Assembly (NCBI GenBank): GCA_029212785.1
Contig: JARGOG010000024.1
Coordinates: forward strand, 41 to 64,040
DNA length: 64,000 nucleotides
Direction of reading: 5' to 3'
Origin: Thalassobaculaceae bacterium
Lineage (GTDB): Bacteria; Pseudomonadota; Alphaproteobacteria; Thalassobaculales; Thalassobaculaceae
Of the stretch, positions 36,038 to 44,630 are shown one piece after another. The translations under genes were made by a program, and so were the position numbers. The notes beneath the pieces were generated by a model that worked only from the letters and a program-made list of their open reading frames with translations, did no database searches and was not told where the DNA came from. Numbering within the stretch: position 1 is the first letter of the stretch; the number at the start of each line of letters is the position of its first letter.

Positions 36038-36796
36038 CTAGATAATCTCGAAATTCGACGTCGACAACTCGGACGTGCTGACACCGACAAGCGTGACGGT
36101 GTTGTTCGATCCGAGCGTGATAACCGCGTTTCCACCGGAATCCGCCGTTGCCGCCAGAGCCGCCGATGCCGACGTGATGCTGCTGCTGTTCACGCCGGAC
36201 TGGATCTGGATCACATCCTCGCTCGTGCTGAAATTGAGAATCTGATCGACCGAGGAATCCGACAGAAAGACGAACTTGTCCGCCCCGCCGCCGCCATCCA
36301 TCGTGTCGTTTCCGAAGGCACCGATGATCGAGTCCGCGTCGAGGTTGCCATAAATCAGGTCGTTGCCGATCCCGCCGCTCAGCGTGTCGGCCCCTTGTCC
36401 GCCATAGACGGTATCGTCGCTGCTTCCCGCGAGAATCACGTCGGCGCCCTGGTTGCCGTAGATCAGGTCGTTCTCGCTCTCGGCGATGATCTGATCGTCG
36501 CCGAGATTTCCGAAGATCGAGTCCGCCCCGACCCCACCATAAATTATGTCATTGCCTTGGCCGCCAAAGACAAAATCATCGCCGTTACCCGCCGATAGAC
36601 GGTCATCGCCCTGATTTCCATAAAGGATATCATCGTCGGTGCTGGCGTAGATCTGGTCGTTGCCGGTTCCTCCGGACAGGGTATCGTTGGCGCCGAGAGC
36701 TGAAATCGTGTCGTTGCCAGCGCCCCCCACGATGAAGTCCGCCGAGTTCGTACCCAGCAGCAACTCGTTACTGGAATCCCCGCCAATCGAAGCCAT
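36038..36796 (-). CDS. Small acidic calcium-binding RTX-repeat protein (RTX-2), putative T1SS substrate
   Basis: Nearly all RTX nonapeptides (GGAGNDTIS, GGTGNDQIY, GGQGNDIIYGGVGADSIFG...). C-terminal ADKFVF...ILNFSTSEDVIQI motif. Terminus is SNFEII. ATG 36794-36796 has GGGAGG 6 nt upstream; the listed GTG at 36802 is the alternative. Confidence 0.85.
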   Translation of the reverse strand: MASIGGDSSNELLLGTNSADFIVGGAGNDTISALGANDTLSGGTGNDQIYASTDDDILYGNQGDDRLSAGNGDDFVFGGQGNDIIYGGVGADSIFGNLGDDQIIAESENDLIYGNQGADVILAGSSDDTVYGGQGADTLSGGIGNDLIYGNLDADSIIGAFGNDTMDGGGGADKFVFLSDSSVDQILNFSTSEDVIQIQSGVNSSSITSASAALAATADSGGNAVITLGSNNTVTLVGVSTSELSTSNFEII

Positions 36797-36864
36797 GACC
36801 ACCCTCCCACATTCTCAACTACGAAGAGCGTACTCCGACAGCAGGCGCCGCTGCAAACATCCGA

Positions 36865-38151
36865 CTAAAGGCTCCAGTACCGCCTGTCCGCCGGAAGCTC
36901 CGACGGCTTGAGAGCGGACTTCACGTCGATCAGGAGGCCGCCGGACCGCAGGCGGGTGCCGAGACGGCGCGCGCCGCCCTCCAGAAACGCGCGGTGCGGG
37001 CTCGCCAGAATCAGCGCGTCGAGATCGACCAGGCTGTCCGCGCCGACAAGGTCGATGCCGAGCAACCGTCGGGCCACGGCGGTATCGACCAGGGGATCGG
37101 CGACGAGCATCTTCGCGCCCAGCACCGACAGGCCAGTGACGATGGGCGGCACCTGGCTGTTCCGCGGGTCGGAGACGTTCTCCTTGAACGCGACCCCCAT
37201 GACCCCGATGCGGGCACCCGCGACGGCCGTGCCGCCGGCTCCCAGCAAGGTCACCGTCTTCTGCACCACCCTTTCGGACATGGTGTCGTTCAGCCGGCGC
37301 GCGGCGCGGATCAGCTCCGGGTAGTAGCCATGGGCTTCGGCCTTGGCGATGAGATAGTAGGGGTCGACGCCGATGCAGTGGCCACCGACCAGACCCGGCG
37401 TGTACGGCGCGAAATTCCACTTGCTGCGGGCGGCGGCAAGCACGTCCTCGGTCCGCAGACCGAGGCGGTCGTAGATCTGGGCCAGCTCGTTCATCAGGGC
37501 GATGTTCACGTCGCGCTGGATGTTCTCCGTGATCTTCGACGCCTCAGCCACCCGGATCGACGGCGCGGCGTGCAGGCCCGCTGGCACGATCCCGGCATAA
37601 AGCGCCATGACCCGCGCCAGAGTTTCCGCGTCCTGACCGGAGACCACCTTCACCACATCGCCGAGTCCGTGGGTGGTGTCTCCCGGATTGATCCGCTCCG
37701 GGGAGTAACCGAGCTTGAAATCCGCCCCGACGACGAGACCGGAAGCCTCGGCGACGATCGGCCCCACGATCTCCTCCGTCGCCCCCGGGTGAACCGTGCA
37801 CTCGACGACGACCAGACCGCCCGGTCGGATGGCGCCGCCGACAATCCTCGCGGCATCGGCGAGCGGGCCGAGATCCGGCCGGCGGCTGTCGTCGATCGGT
37901 GTCGGCACGGCGACGATGAAGACCTGGGCCTCCGCGAGCTCACGGGCGTCCGAGGAGAAGCGCAGGCCGGCGAGAAGATCGATCATCCCGCCTTCCGGGT
38001 CGTTGCGGTCGATACCCTTGGCGAGATCCGTTATCCGCGCCGCGTCGATGTCGAAACCGATGACCGCACGACCGGCGCCGGCGAAGGCGAGCGCCAAAGG
38101 CAGGCCGACATAGCCGAGGCCGAGGATCGCGACGGTGCTGTCGTCGCTCAT
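36865..38151 (-). CDS. Nucleotide-sugar 6-dehydrogenase (UDP-glucose/GDP-mannose dehydrogenase family, TviB/WbpO-like)
   Basis: N-terminal VAILGLGYVGLPLALAF Rossmann motif. Catalytic-Cys segment LVGGHCIGVDPYY. Later GVAFKENVSDPRNS. Confidence 0.9.
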   Translation of the reverse strand: MSDDSTVAILGLGYVGLPLALAFAGAGRAVIGFDIDAARITDLAKGIDRNDPEGGMIDLLAGLRFSSDARELAEAQVFIVAVPTPIDDSRRPDLGPLADAARIVGGAIRPGGLVVVECTVHPGATEEIVGPIVAEASGLVVGADFKLGYSPERINPGDTTHGLGDVVKVVSGQDAETLARVMALYAGIVPAGLHAAPSIRVAEASKITENIQRDVNIALMNELAQIYDRLGLRTEDVLAAARSKWNFAPYTPGLVGGHCIGVDPYYLIAKAEAHGYYPELIRAARRLNDTMSERVVQKTVTLLGAGGTAVAGARIGVMGVAFKENVSDPRNSQVPPIVTGLSVLGAKMLVADPLVDTAVARRLLGIDLVGADSLVDLDALILASPHRAFLEGGARRLGTRLRSGGLLIDVKSALKPSELPADRRYWSL

Positions 38152-39002
38152 CGCATTTCCTCCCGCGCGAAGTCTCGCAGCGCCGTCGCCGTGTCCCGCG
38201 GCGCGAAACCCAGGGCCGAAGCGGCGGCGATGTCGATGGTGTACGGCGCCTTGTCCGGCGGGCCTTCCTCCACCGTAGCCGCCAAGCCGCTTCCCTCGGC
38301 CAGGCAGGCCACCACATCGCGCACCCGAACAGCGTCGCGGCTGGCGACCGGGACGGCGGCAAACCCGTCCGGCAGCGCCGTCAGCGCATGCGCGGCGAAG
38401 GCGGCCACGTCCTGGACATGGACCACATTGTTGAAGGCCGCGTCGGCATTGGAGATTCGGACTGTCTCGCCGCGCCGGAGTTTGCCAAGCACTTGCACCG
38501 GCCAGTTGCGCGCGGCACCGCCGCCGATCACCGCCGGCAGGCGGATCGCCAGCGACCGACCACCCCGCTCGGCCACCGCCCGCTCTCCCAGGAGCTTCGA
38601 CAGGCCGTAGGCTACCGGATCCACCACGGGCGTGTCCGGTGTGACGGCCGTCCCGGAGATGGTGCCGTGGATCGAGAGGCTGGAGAGATAGATGAACACG
38701 CTGACATCGGCCGCGGCGAGACGCGCGGTGGCCACGGCATTGTCGCGGATCAGGCTGGCGGCCGGCACCGCATTCGGAGCGCCGGTCGGCGGCGAGGTAG
38801 CGGCCGCGTGCACGATCGCGTCCAGGCGGCCCGGAAGCGGATCGTCGCCGGCCAGATCGCCCCGCCAGGTCTCGCCGTCGGCCAGATCGTCCGGCAGCGG
38901 CGAGGCCCGATGATGGGCGACCACGTCATAGCCCTCGGCCCTGAGCCACCTGGCGATCGCACGGCCGGAAAAGCCCGCCGCCCCGGTGACCAGGACCCGC
39001 AT
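38148..39002 (-). CDS. NAD-dependent epimerase/dehydratase (extended SDR)
   Basis: MRVLVTGAAGFSG, catalytic YGLSK. ATGA overlap with the downstream dehydrogenase gene. Confidence 0.85.
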   Translation of the reverse strand: MRVLVTGAAGFSGRAIARWLRAEGYDVVAHHRASPLPDDLADGETWRGDLAGDDPLPGRLDAIVHAAATSPPTGAPNAVPAASLIRDNAVATARLAAADVSVFIYLSSLSIHGTISGTAVTPDTPVVDPVAYGLSKLLGERAVAERGGRSLAIRLPAVIGGGAARNWPVQVLGKLRRGETVRISNADAAFNNVVHVQDVAAFAAHALTALPDGFAAVPVASRDAVRVRDVVACLAEGSGLAATVEEGPPDKAPYTIDIAAASALGFAPRDTATALRDFAREEMR

Positions 39003-39005
39003 GGA

Positions 39006-39926
39006 CTACGTGCGGACCGTGGCGAGGATGCGCTCGGTCGACAGGCCGTGGGCCGCCAGGATGTCCTCGTGGCTGCCATAGCAGTGCACGAACTCGTCCT
39101 TCAGGGTGAAGGTGTGGAGATCGCATTCCGCGCGGATGTCCCAGGCGATCTGCTTGGTCTGCGGCGCCAGACCACCCTGCGGCGCGTGCTCCTCGACCAC
39201 GATCACCCGCTTATGGCGGCGCAGCAGATTGGCGATGCCCTCGGTGTCGAGCGGCTTCAAGGTGTGGCAGACCGCGAGCGAGACCGAGTTGCCGTCGGCG
39301 GTCAGCGCGTCGGCGACCTCGGCGGCCATCTTGGTCACCACCCCGTAGGACAGCACCGCCACGTCCTCGCCCTTGCGCAGGTAGCGCAGCTTGCCGAACT
39401 CCCACGGATCGCTGTCCGGGCCGGTCAGGGTCGGTTCGCCCGCCTTGCCGAAGCGGAAATAGACCGGTCCGCCGCCCTCACGATTGACCAGCCACTTGGT
39501 AGCCTCGGTCGCCTCGACCGGGTCGCAGGGCGCGATGATCGACATGTTCGGGATGGCGCCGGCGATGGCGATATCCTCCTGGGCGTAGTGCGTTCCGCCC
39601 AGGGTCGAGTAGATGACGCCACCACCGATGCCGACCACCGTCACCGGCAGATTCTGGTAGCCCAGATCATCGCGCACCATCTCGAACGGCCGGTACAGCG
39701 AGAAGGTGGCGATGGTGTAGGCGAAGGGCCGCATGCCCTTCAGCGCCAGACCGGCGCAGATGCCGATCATCGCCTGCTCGGCGACGCCGACGTTGATGAA
39801 GCGCTCGGGGAACTCCTCGCGGAACTTGCCCATGGAGCCGGCCGGCGAGATATCGGCGACCACGATGTGGATGCGCGGGTCGTCCTTGGCGAGATCGTAA
39901 AGGACTTCGGCGAAGGTGTTCCTCAC
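39006..39926 (-). CDS. Transketolase, C-terminal (pyrimidine-binding) subunit of a split enzyme
   Basis: 306 aa. FINVGVAEQAMIGICAGLAL and a later GGTHYAQEDIA pattern typical of split-transketolase B subunits. 4-nt overlap with the N-terminal subunit gene. Confidence 0.9.
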   Translation of the reverse strand: MRNTFAEVLYDLAKDDPRIHIVVADISPAGSMGKFREEFPERFINVGVAEQAMIGICAGLALKGMRPFAYTIATFSLYRPFEMVRDDLGYQNLPVTVVGIGGGVIYSTLGGTHYAQEDIAIAGAIPNMSIIAPCDPVEATEATKWLVNREGGGPVYFRFGKAGEPTLTGPDSDPWEFGKLRYLRKGEDVAVLSYGVVTKMAAEVADALTADGNSVSLAVCHTLKPLDTEGIANLLRRHKRVIVVEEHAPQGGLAPQTKQIAWDIRAECDLHTFTLKDEFVHCYGSHEDILAAHGLSTERILATVRT

Positions 39927-40756
39927 GACGCGATCTCCTTCAGCTCGGCCAGGGCCTGCTTGTATTCGTCCGGACTCGGCGAGCGGTAGTGCCAGATCGG
40001 CACGTTCTCCATATAGGAGACGCCCTTGCCCTTGGTGGTGCGGCCGATCAGGCAGAACGGCTTGCCGCCCTTGCGGCTGGCGACCGCGCTGTATACCGCA
40101 TCGGCATCATGGCCGTTGACGATCACCGTCTCCCAGCCGAACGCCTCGAGCTTCTCGTCCAGCGGATAGAAGCTCGGATGGGTCTCCGACGTGCGGCCGA
40201 GCGACTGGAAGTCATTATTGTCGATCAGCGCGACCAGGTTGGTAAGTCCGAGGGTGGAGGCCATCATGAAGGCCTCCCAGGTCGACCCCTCCTGCACCTC
40301 GCCGTCTGACAGCACGCAGTAGACCGCCCCCGCATCCGCGGCCCCGCCGGCCTTGTTGCGCTCGGCGACCGCCATGCCCACCGCCATCGCCATGCCGTGG
40401 CCGAGCGAGCCGGTCGACGCCTCGATGCCGGGATTGCCGTAGTCCGGATGGGCTCCGAGAATGCCGTGCGGCGTGCAGTACTCGTCCAGGTGCTTCTTCT
40501 CCAGGACGCCCCGGTCCTCCAGGATCACGTACTGCGCCATGCAGCCATGGCCCTTGGACATCAGGAACGTGTCCTGGCCGTCCGGGCGCATCAGGCCGTG
40601 ATAGCAGGTATCCGTCAGTTCCATGCAGGAGAACGCCCCGGCGGCATGGAGCGCGCTGACGTTCTGCGAGATGTCCAGGATCCGCTTGCGGTACTTCATG
40701 CAGCGCTTGCGGGAGTCCGTGGGATCGAAACTGTTGTGTCCGGGCTTGGCCGTCAT
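39923..40756 (-). CDS. Transketolase, N-terminal (ThDP-binding) subunit of a split enzyme
   Basis: 277 aa. GHGCMAQY, GSLGHGMAMAVGMA and the ThDP motif VLSDGEVQEGSTWEA...LIDNND. Confidence 0.9.
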   Translation of the reverse strand: MTAKPGHNSFDPTDSRKRCMKYRKRILDISQNVSALHAAGAFSCMELTDTCYHGLMRPDGQDTFLMSKGHGCMAQYVILEDRGVLEKKHLDEYCTPHGILGAHPDYGNPGIEASTGSLGHGMAMAVGMAVAERNKAGGAADAGAVYCVLSDGEVQEGSTWEAFMMASTLGLTNLVALIDNNDFQSLGRTSETHPSFYPLDEKLEAFGWETVIVNGHDADAVYSAVASRKGGKPFCLIGRTTKGKGVSYMENVPIWHYRSPSPDEYKQALAELKEIAS

Positions 40757-40775
40757 ATGCCTTGGTCTCCGGCTG

Positions 40776-41438
40776 TCAGGAAATGAGCGTCCAGTTGTAG
40801 TCGCCGGTGTAACCGGCTTCCTCGAAGATCGCGACCCACTCGTGCGGGTAGCCGTGGGTATAGGCCGTCAACACCCAGTCGAGGAAGAGGTCGCGCGCCT
40901 CTTCGGTGCGGTAGCTGTCGACCTGGACATAGGCCTTGCCATCCTTGGTCACCCGCATGATCTCCTGCAGCGCCGTGATCAGTTCCGGCTTCTTCAGGTT
41001 GTGCAACGTATTGAGCGAGATGACCGCGTCGAAACTATTGTCCGGGAACGGCAACCTGACCGCAGATCCCAGGTGCAGCCGGCCGATCGCCTCCGGCTCG
41101 CAATGCTTGAGCGCGTATTCCGAGACATCCAGGCCGAACGCCTCCAGTCCCGGGCAGGCGATCATGAAGTCCTTCACCAGGAAGCCTTTGGCGGCGCCGA
41201 CATCCAGCACCCGCATGCCCGGCTCCAGGCCGAAATGCTCGATCATGTCCTTGGCGACCGGGACCCAGCGTCCGTCGTAGCGGTATCCGCCATAACCGTA
41301 TTCACGCGGGCCGTCGAAATAGGTCTCGCCGTATTCCCGGCTGATGCGGATGTGCTCGTCGGTCTTGGCGTGCTCGCGCGCTTTCACGTTGCGCTTCGGC
41401 TTCGGCAGCGCGTCGAGCAGATTGATCTCGCGACCCAT
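40776..41438 (-). CDS. Class I SAM-dependent methyltransferase
   Basis: Motif I VLDVGAAKGFLV, later FDAVISLNTLHN. 220 aa. Confidence 0.85.
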   Translation of the reverse strand: MGREINLLDALPKPKRNVKAREHAKTDEHIRISREYGETYFDGPREYGYGGYRYDGRWVPVAKDMIEHFGLEPGMRVLDVGAAKGFLVKDFMIACPGLEAFGLDVSEYALKHCEPEAIGRLHLGSAVRLPFPDNSFDAVISLNTLHNLKKPELITALQEIMRVTKDGKAYVQVDSYRTEEARDLFLDWVLTAYTHGYPHEWVAIFEEAGYTGDYNWTLIS

Positions 41439-41441
41439 GAG

Positions 41442-42323
41442 TCAGCCTCCGGTGGCTTGGCGGTGGACCTTGGCCAGGCCCTCGGCAAGGGGGGTATAGC
41501 GGAAATCGGGGAAGGCGTGAAAGGTGGCCGACGGGTTGAACGGCCGATAGCCGTTATGCGGCATCGCGCCGGAACGTGGCGTGCCCTTGATCATGATCCG
41601 AAGCGGGACATGACTGACCACCATCTCCGCCACCTCGCGGAACGAATGGACATCACCGGTCGCCCCGTTCAGCACACCGGTCGAGCGATGCATGACCATC
41701 AGCTTGATCAGTTCGCCCAGATCATCGACCAGAACGTGATCGCGCCGCTCCTCACCTTCGCCGAACAGGGTGATGTCCTTGCCGTCCATGGCCAAGCGAC
41801 GAAAGCGGTTCGGGCCGTAGCCGTTATGCGGGTCCGACGCGCCATAGACCAGGGTCGGACGCAGGATGCCGACCGGCACGCCACTCTCGTCCAGCAGCAT
41901 GCGCTCGCGTGCCAGATGCATCACCCCGTGCAGCCCCCCAGGCTCGGCGCAGTCGGTCTCGGCCAGCGGCTCCATCTTGTCCTTGTAGACCGCGTCCGAC
42001 GATATGTAGACGACATGGGCCACCGGCTGAGTCTTCAACGCCGCGACGACGGTGTTCATCATCGCGATGTTGCGCTCCAGCATTTCGCCGTTCTTGCACG
42101 GCGCTTCGGCGGAGACGACCACCAGCACGTCGTCGGCGCGCAGTTGCTCGGACAGAACAGCGGCGGCACCATCGGCCAGCAGATCTACCTGGGCCCGGCC
42201 GACCCGCTCAACCCGGCCGCCCGCCGCCTCGATCGCGTCCGCACCGGCACCGCCGACGAATCCGGCGCCGAGCACGACAGTGCAGGGCGGCAGGGCGGGT
42301 TTGGCGAGGCGATGGTCAAGCAT
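41442..42323 (-). CDS. Extended-SDR-like protein (epimerase/dehydratase fold) apparently lacking the YxxxK dyad
   Basis: Rossmann VVLGAGFVGGA and the SS..VY segment are present. At the position where the three sibling SDRs here have YGLSK/YALSK/YNKFK, this protein reads HGVMH (GGLHGVMHLARE). Confidence 0.75.
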   Translation of the reverse strand: MLDHRLAKPALPPCTVVLGAGFVGGAGADAIEAAGGRVERVGRAQVDLLADGAAAVLSEQLRADDVLVVVSAEAPCKNGEMLERNIAMMNTVVAALKTQPVAHVVYISSDAVYKDKMEPLAETDCAEPGGLHGVMHLARERMLLDESGVPVGILRPTLVYGASDPHNGYGPNRFRRLAMDGKDITLFGEGEERRDHVLVDDLGELIKLMVMHRSTGVLNGATGDVHSFREVAEMVVSHVPLRIMIKGTPRSGAMPHNGYRPFNPSATFHAFPDFRYTPLAEGLAKVHRQATGG

Positions 42324-42333
42324 GGCGATACTC

Positions 42334-43665
42334 CTAGTCCCGGGTGATCCCGAGGGTGATGTAGTCGAGACCAGCCGCCAGCGCGGCTTTCTCGTCGAGG
42401 ACCCGGTAAGGGTCGAGCACGACGGATCCGCGCATGGTGGCGGCGATGTCCTTCGGATCGAGCGCCTTATATGGGCTCCACGGCGTCATGATGCAGAGCA
42501 CGTCGGCCCCCGCCACCGCCGTCATCGGTCCGTCCGCCGCCGCGACCGCGACCGGCGCGGCGGACGCCGGGACCACCGGATCGTGGACCACGATGTCGAC
42601 ACCACCGAGCTCCGACAACAGGGCGAGCGAGGGCGAGTTCTTGGTCGAGTGGGTGTCCTGCTTGTAAGCGAGCCCGAGAACGGCCACCCGCGCCGCCGGG
42701 TTGGCGTCCAGCACCCGGGCCTTGAGCGTGCGCGCGGCCCAGCCCTTGCGCCAGGCGGAGTTCTCGACCCATGCCTTCACGATGCCGGTGTCGGTCTTAT
42801 GCGCCGCCCCCAGGCGCATCACCGTGGCGAGGTCGCGCTCCAGGTTGCCTCCGGCGAGTCCGAGCCCGGGAGCGAGGTAGCTGTACGCGCCGATCCGTCG
42901 GTCGAGCTTCAGGGCCGGCGCGATCTCCGACCAGTCGGCCCCGACATGCTCGCAGAGCTCGGCCATGGTGTTGGCCACACCAACCGAGGCGACGAGGCAC
43001 ATGTTGATCGAGATCTTGGCCAACTCCGCGCTCTCGTAGCGCATCGGCAGGATGGGGCAGCCGAACGCCTCGAGGTATGTGCGGAACGGCACCGGCAGCA
43101 CAGCTTCAGGATCGGCGCAGCCGACGATATAGCGCTCCGGCTCCAACGCGCGGTGCAAGGCAATGCCGAAGACCAAGGTCTCCACCTGATAATGCAGCGG
43201 GCCGCGCACGCCGACCTTGCCCTGGTCGATTCCGCGGGTGAAGCCCGGTGGCACCTGGCTCAGGATGACCAGAGTCGCATCGTCGCGCAGCGCCGGGGCA
43301 ACCACCGCCAGCAGACGTTCGACCGCAGAGAGGTCGCTGGCACCGGTGTCGTCGGTGGGCACGTCCGGCGCGAGGTAGACCACGTCGGCCCGTGCCAGAT
43401 CTCTGGTCTCCTCGGTGACGGTGATGCGGTGCCGGTTGGTGGCGAAGGTCTCGGCGAGATCGGGCTCGGAGACCGGCAGTTCCACCCCTTGCAGCCGTCC
43501 GACCAACTCCTTGCCACGCAGACGGGCGATCAGATCGACATCCGGATCGAACAGGATCGTGTCAAACCCCTTGGCCGCCGCCGCCGTACCGGAGACGAGG
43601 CCAAGATGAGTCATGCCGCAATAGGCAATGACGGGGCTGGGCTCGATGGAAGCGGCAGGGGTCAT
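42334..43665 (-). CDS. UDP-glucose/GDP-mannose dehydrogenase family protein, apparently Cys-less variant
   Basis: Family-typical DRRIGAYSYLAPGLGLAGGNLERDL and VLGLAYKQDTHSTKNSP segments. The GG-C-x-x-KD catalytic segment reads GGNLERD, so Asn replaces Cys. Confidence 0.8.
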   Translation of the reverse strand: MTPAASIEPSPVIAYCGMTHLGLVSGTAAAAKGFDTILFDPDVDLIARLRGKELVGRLQGVELPVSEPDLAETFATNRHRITVTEETRDLARADVVYLAPDVPTDDTGASDLSAVERLLAVVAPALRDDATLVILSQVPPGFTRGIDQGKVGVRGPLHYQVETLVFGIALHRALEPERYIVGCADPEAVLPVPFRTYLEAFGCPILPMRYESAELAKISINMCLVASVGVANTMAELCEHVGADWSEIAPALKLDRRIGAYSYLAPGLGLAGGNLERDLATVMRLGAAHKTDTGIVKAWVENSAWRKGWAARTLKARVLDANPAARVAVLGLAYKQDTHSTKNSPSLALLSELGGVDIVVHDPVVPASAAPVAVAAADGPMTAVAGADVLCIMTPWSPYKALDPKDIAATMRGSVVLDPYRVLDEKAALAAGLDYITLGITRD

Positions 43666-44606
43666 GCGGGTGCTCCGAACCGGTCATAGGCCTGACGCGC
43701 GAGGCCGCGCAAGGTGCGGTTCAGCCAGAGATCATTATCGATTTCCGAACCGGATCCGGTCTCGCAGAGCCGGCGGAAATGGGCGTACTCGGCTTCCCAG
43801 GTCGGGTCGGCCTGGACCAGGGTCACCGACTCCTCCGGCGGTCGGCCGGACGGCAGGACGCGGGTCCGCCTGGTGAAGGTGCTCGGCCCCCATTTGCACA
43901 GGGACTCGATATGGGCGGTCCCGTTCTCGGCCAGCACGTCGCAGGTGAAATGGTTGCGCCAGGACAGCAGCGTCATCTCGAGCTGCACGGTCGGACCGCT
44001 CTCGGGATCGGCGGCGATCATCACCTGATCGAAGGCCCTGTTCTCGTGCCGCCGCGCCACCCGGGTCTCGAATTCCCAGTTGCCCGCGTCGGGGATCCAG
44101 AACTTCAGCGTGTCGAGCAGGTGCGAGCCAAGGTCTGGCAGAACGCCGGCCTCCTGGTCGCGCCAGGCGCTGTCGCGCACCAGCCGCGCCGTTCCGTTGC
44201 CGTAGAACATGCGTAGGCTGTAGATCCGGCCGAGTTCGCCCGAGTGGATCAGGTCGCGCATCCGAACGTAATGCGGCTCGAACCGGTGATTATACGCGGT
44301 GACGCAGACCGCTCCGGTGGAGCGCGCCACCTCGGACAGCTCCTCCAGCACCCAGTCGTCCTCGGCCACCAGCGGCTTTTCGACCAGCACGTGCTTGCCC
44401 GCCCCGAGAAGGGTCTTCAGCAGTGCCGGCTTCGGCGCATCCGGCGTGCAGACGATGGCCGCATCAAATGCGTGGAAGGCGACCTCGGAGAGGTCCTTGT
44501 AGTCGGCTTCATTGGAGATCGGATCGACCACGGCGACACAGTCCGCGCCGGCGACAGCCTTGCGCTTGTGCCCCTGCACTCCGTAGCCGATGACGATGAC
44601 CCGCAT
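43662..44606 (-). CDS. Gfo/Idh/MocA family oxidoreductase
   Basis: MRVIVIGYGVQG Rossmann start, VLVEKP motif, 314 aa. Confidence 0.85.
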   Translation of the reverse strand: MRVIVIGYGVQGHKRKAVAGADCVAVVDPISNEADYKDLSEVAFHAFDAAIVCTPDAPKPALLKTLLGAGKHVLVEKPLVAEDDWVLEELSEVARSTGAVCVTAYNHRFEPHYVRMRDLIHSGELGRIYSLRMFYGNGTARLVRDSAWRDQEAGVLPDLGSHLLDTLKFWIPDAGNWEFETRVARRHENRAFDQVMIAADPESGPTVQLEMTLLSWRNHFTCDVLAENGTAHIESLCKWGPSTFTRRTRVLPSGRPPEESVTLVQADPTWEAEYAHFRRLCETGSGSEIDNDLWLNRTLRGLARQAYDRFGAPA

Positions 44607-44630
44607 GATTCGGTTCCTGTCTAGATAGGC

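Noticed and set aside
38388-43689. Chain of long plus-strand ORFs (38388..39989, 40623..42347, 42052..43689).
   Set aside because: Each lies opposite well-supported minus-strand genes (SDR, transketolase halves, methyltransferase, SDR-like, UGDH-like). The ORFs overlap each other in different frames and show shadow-ORF composition.
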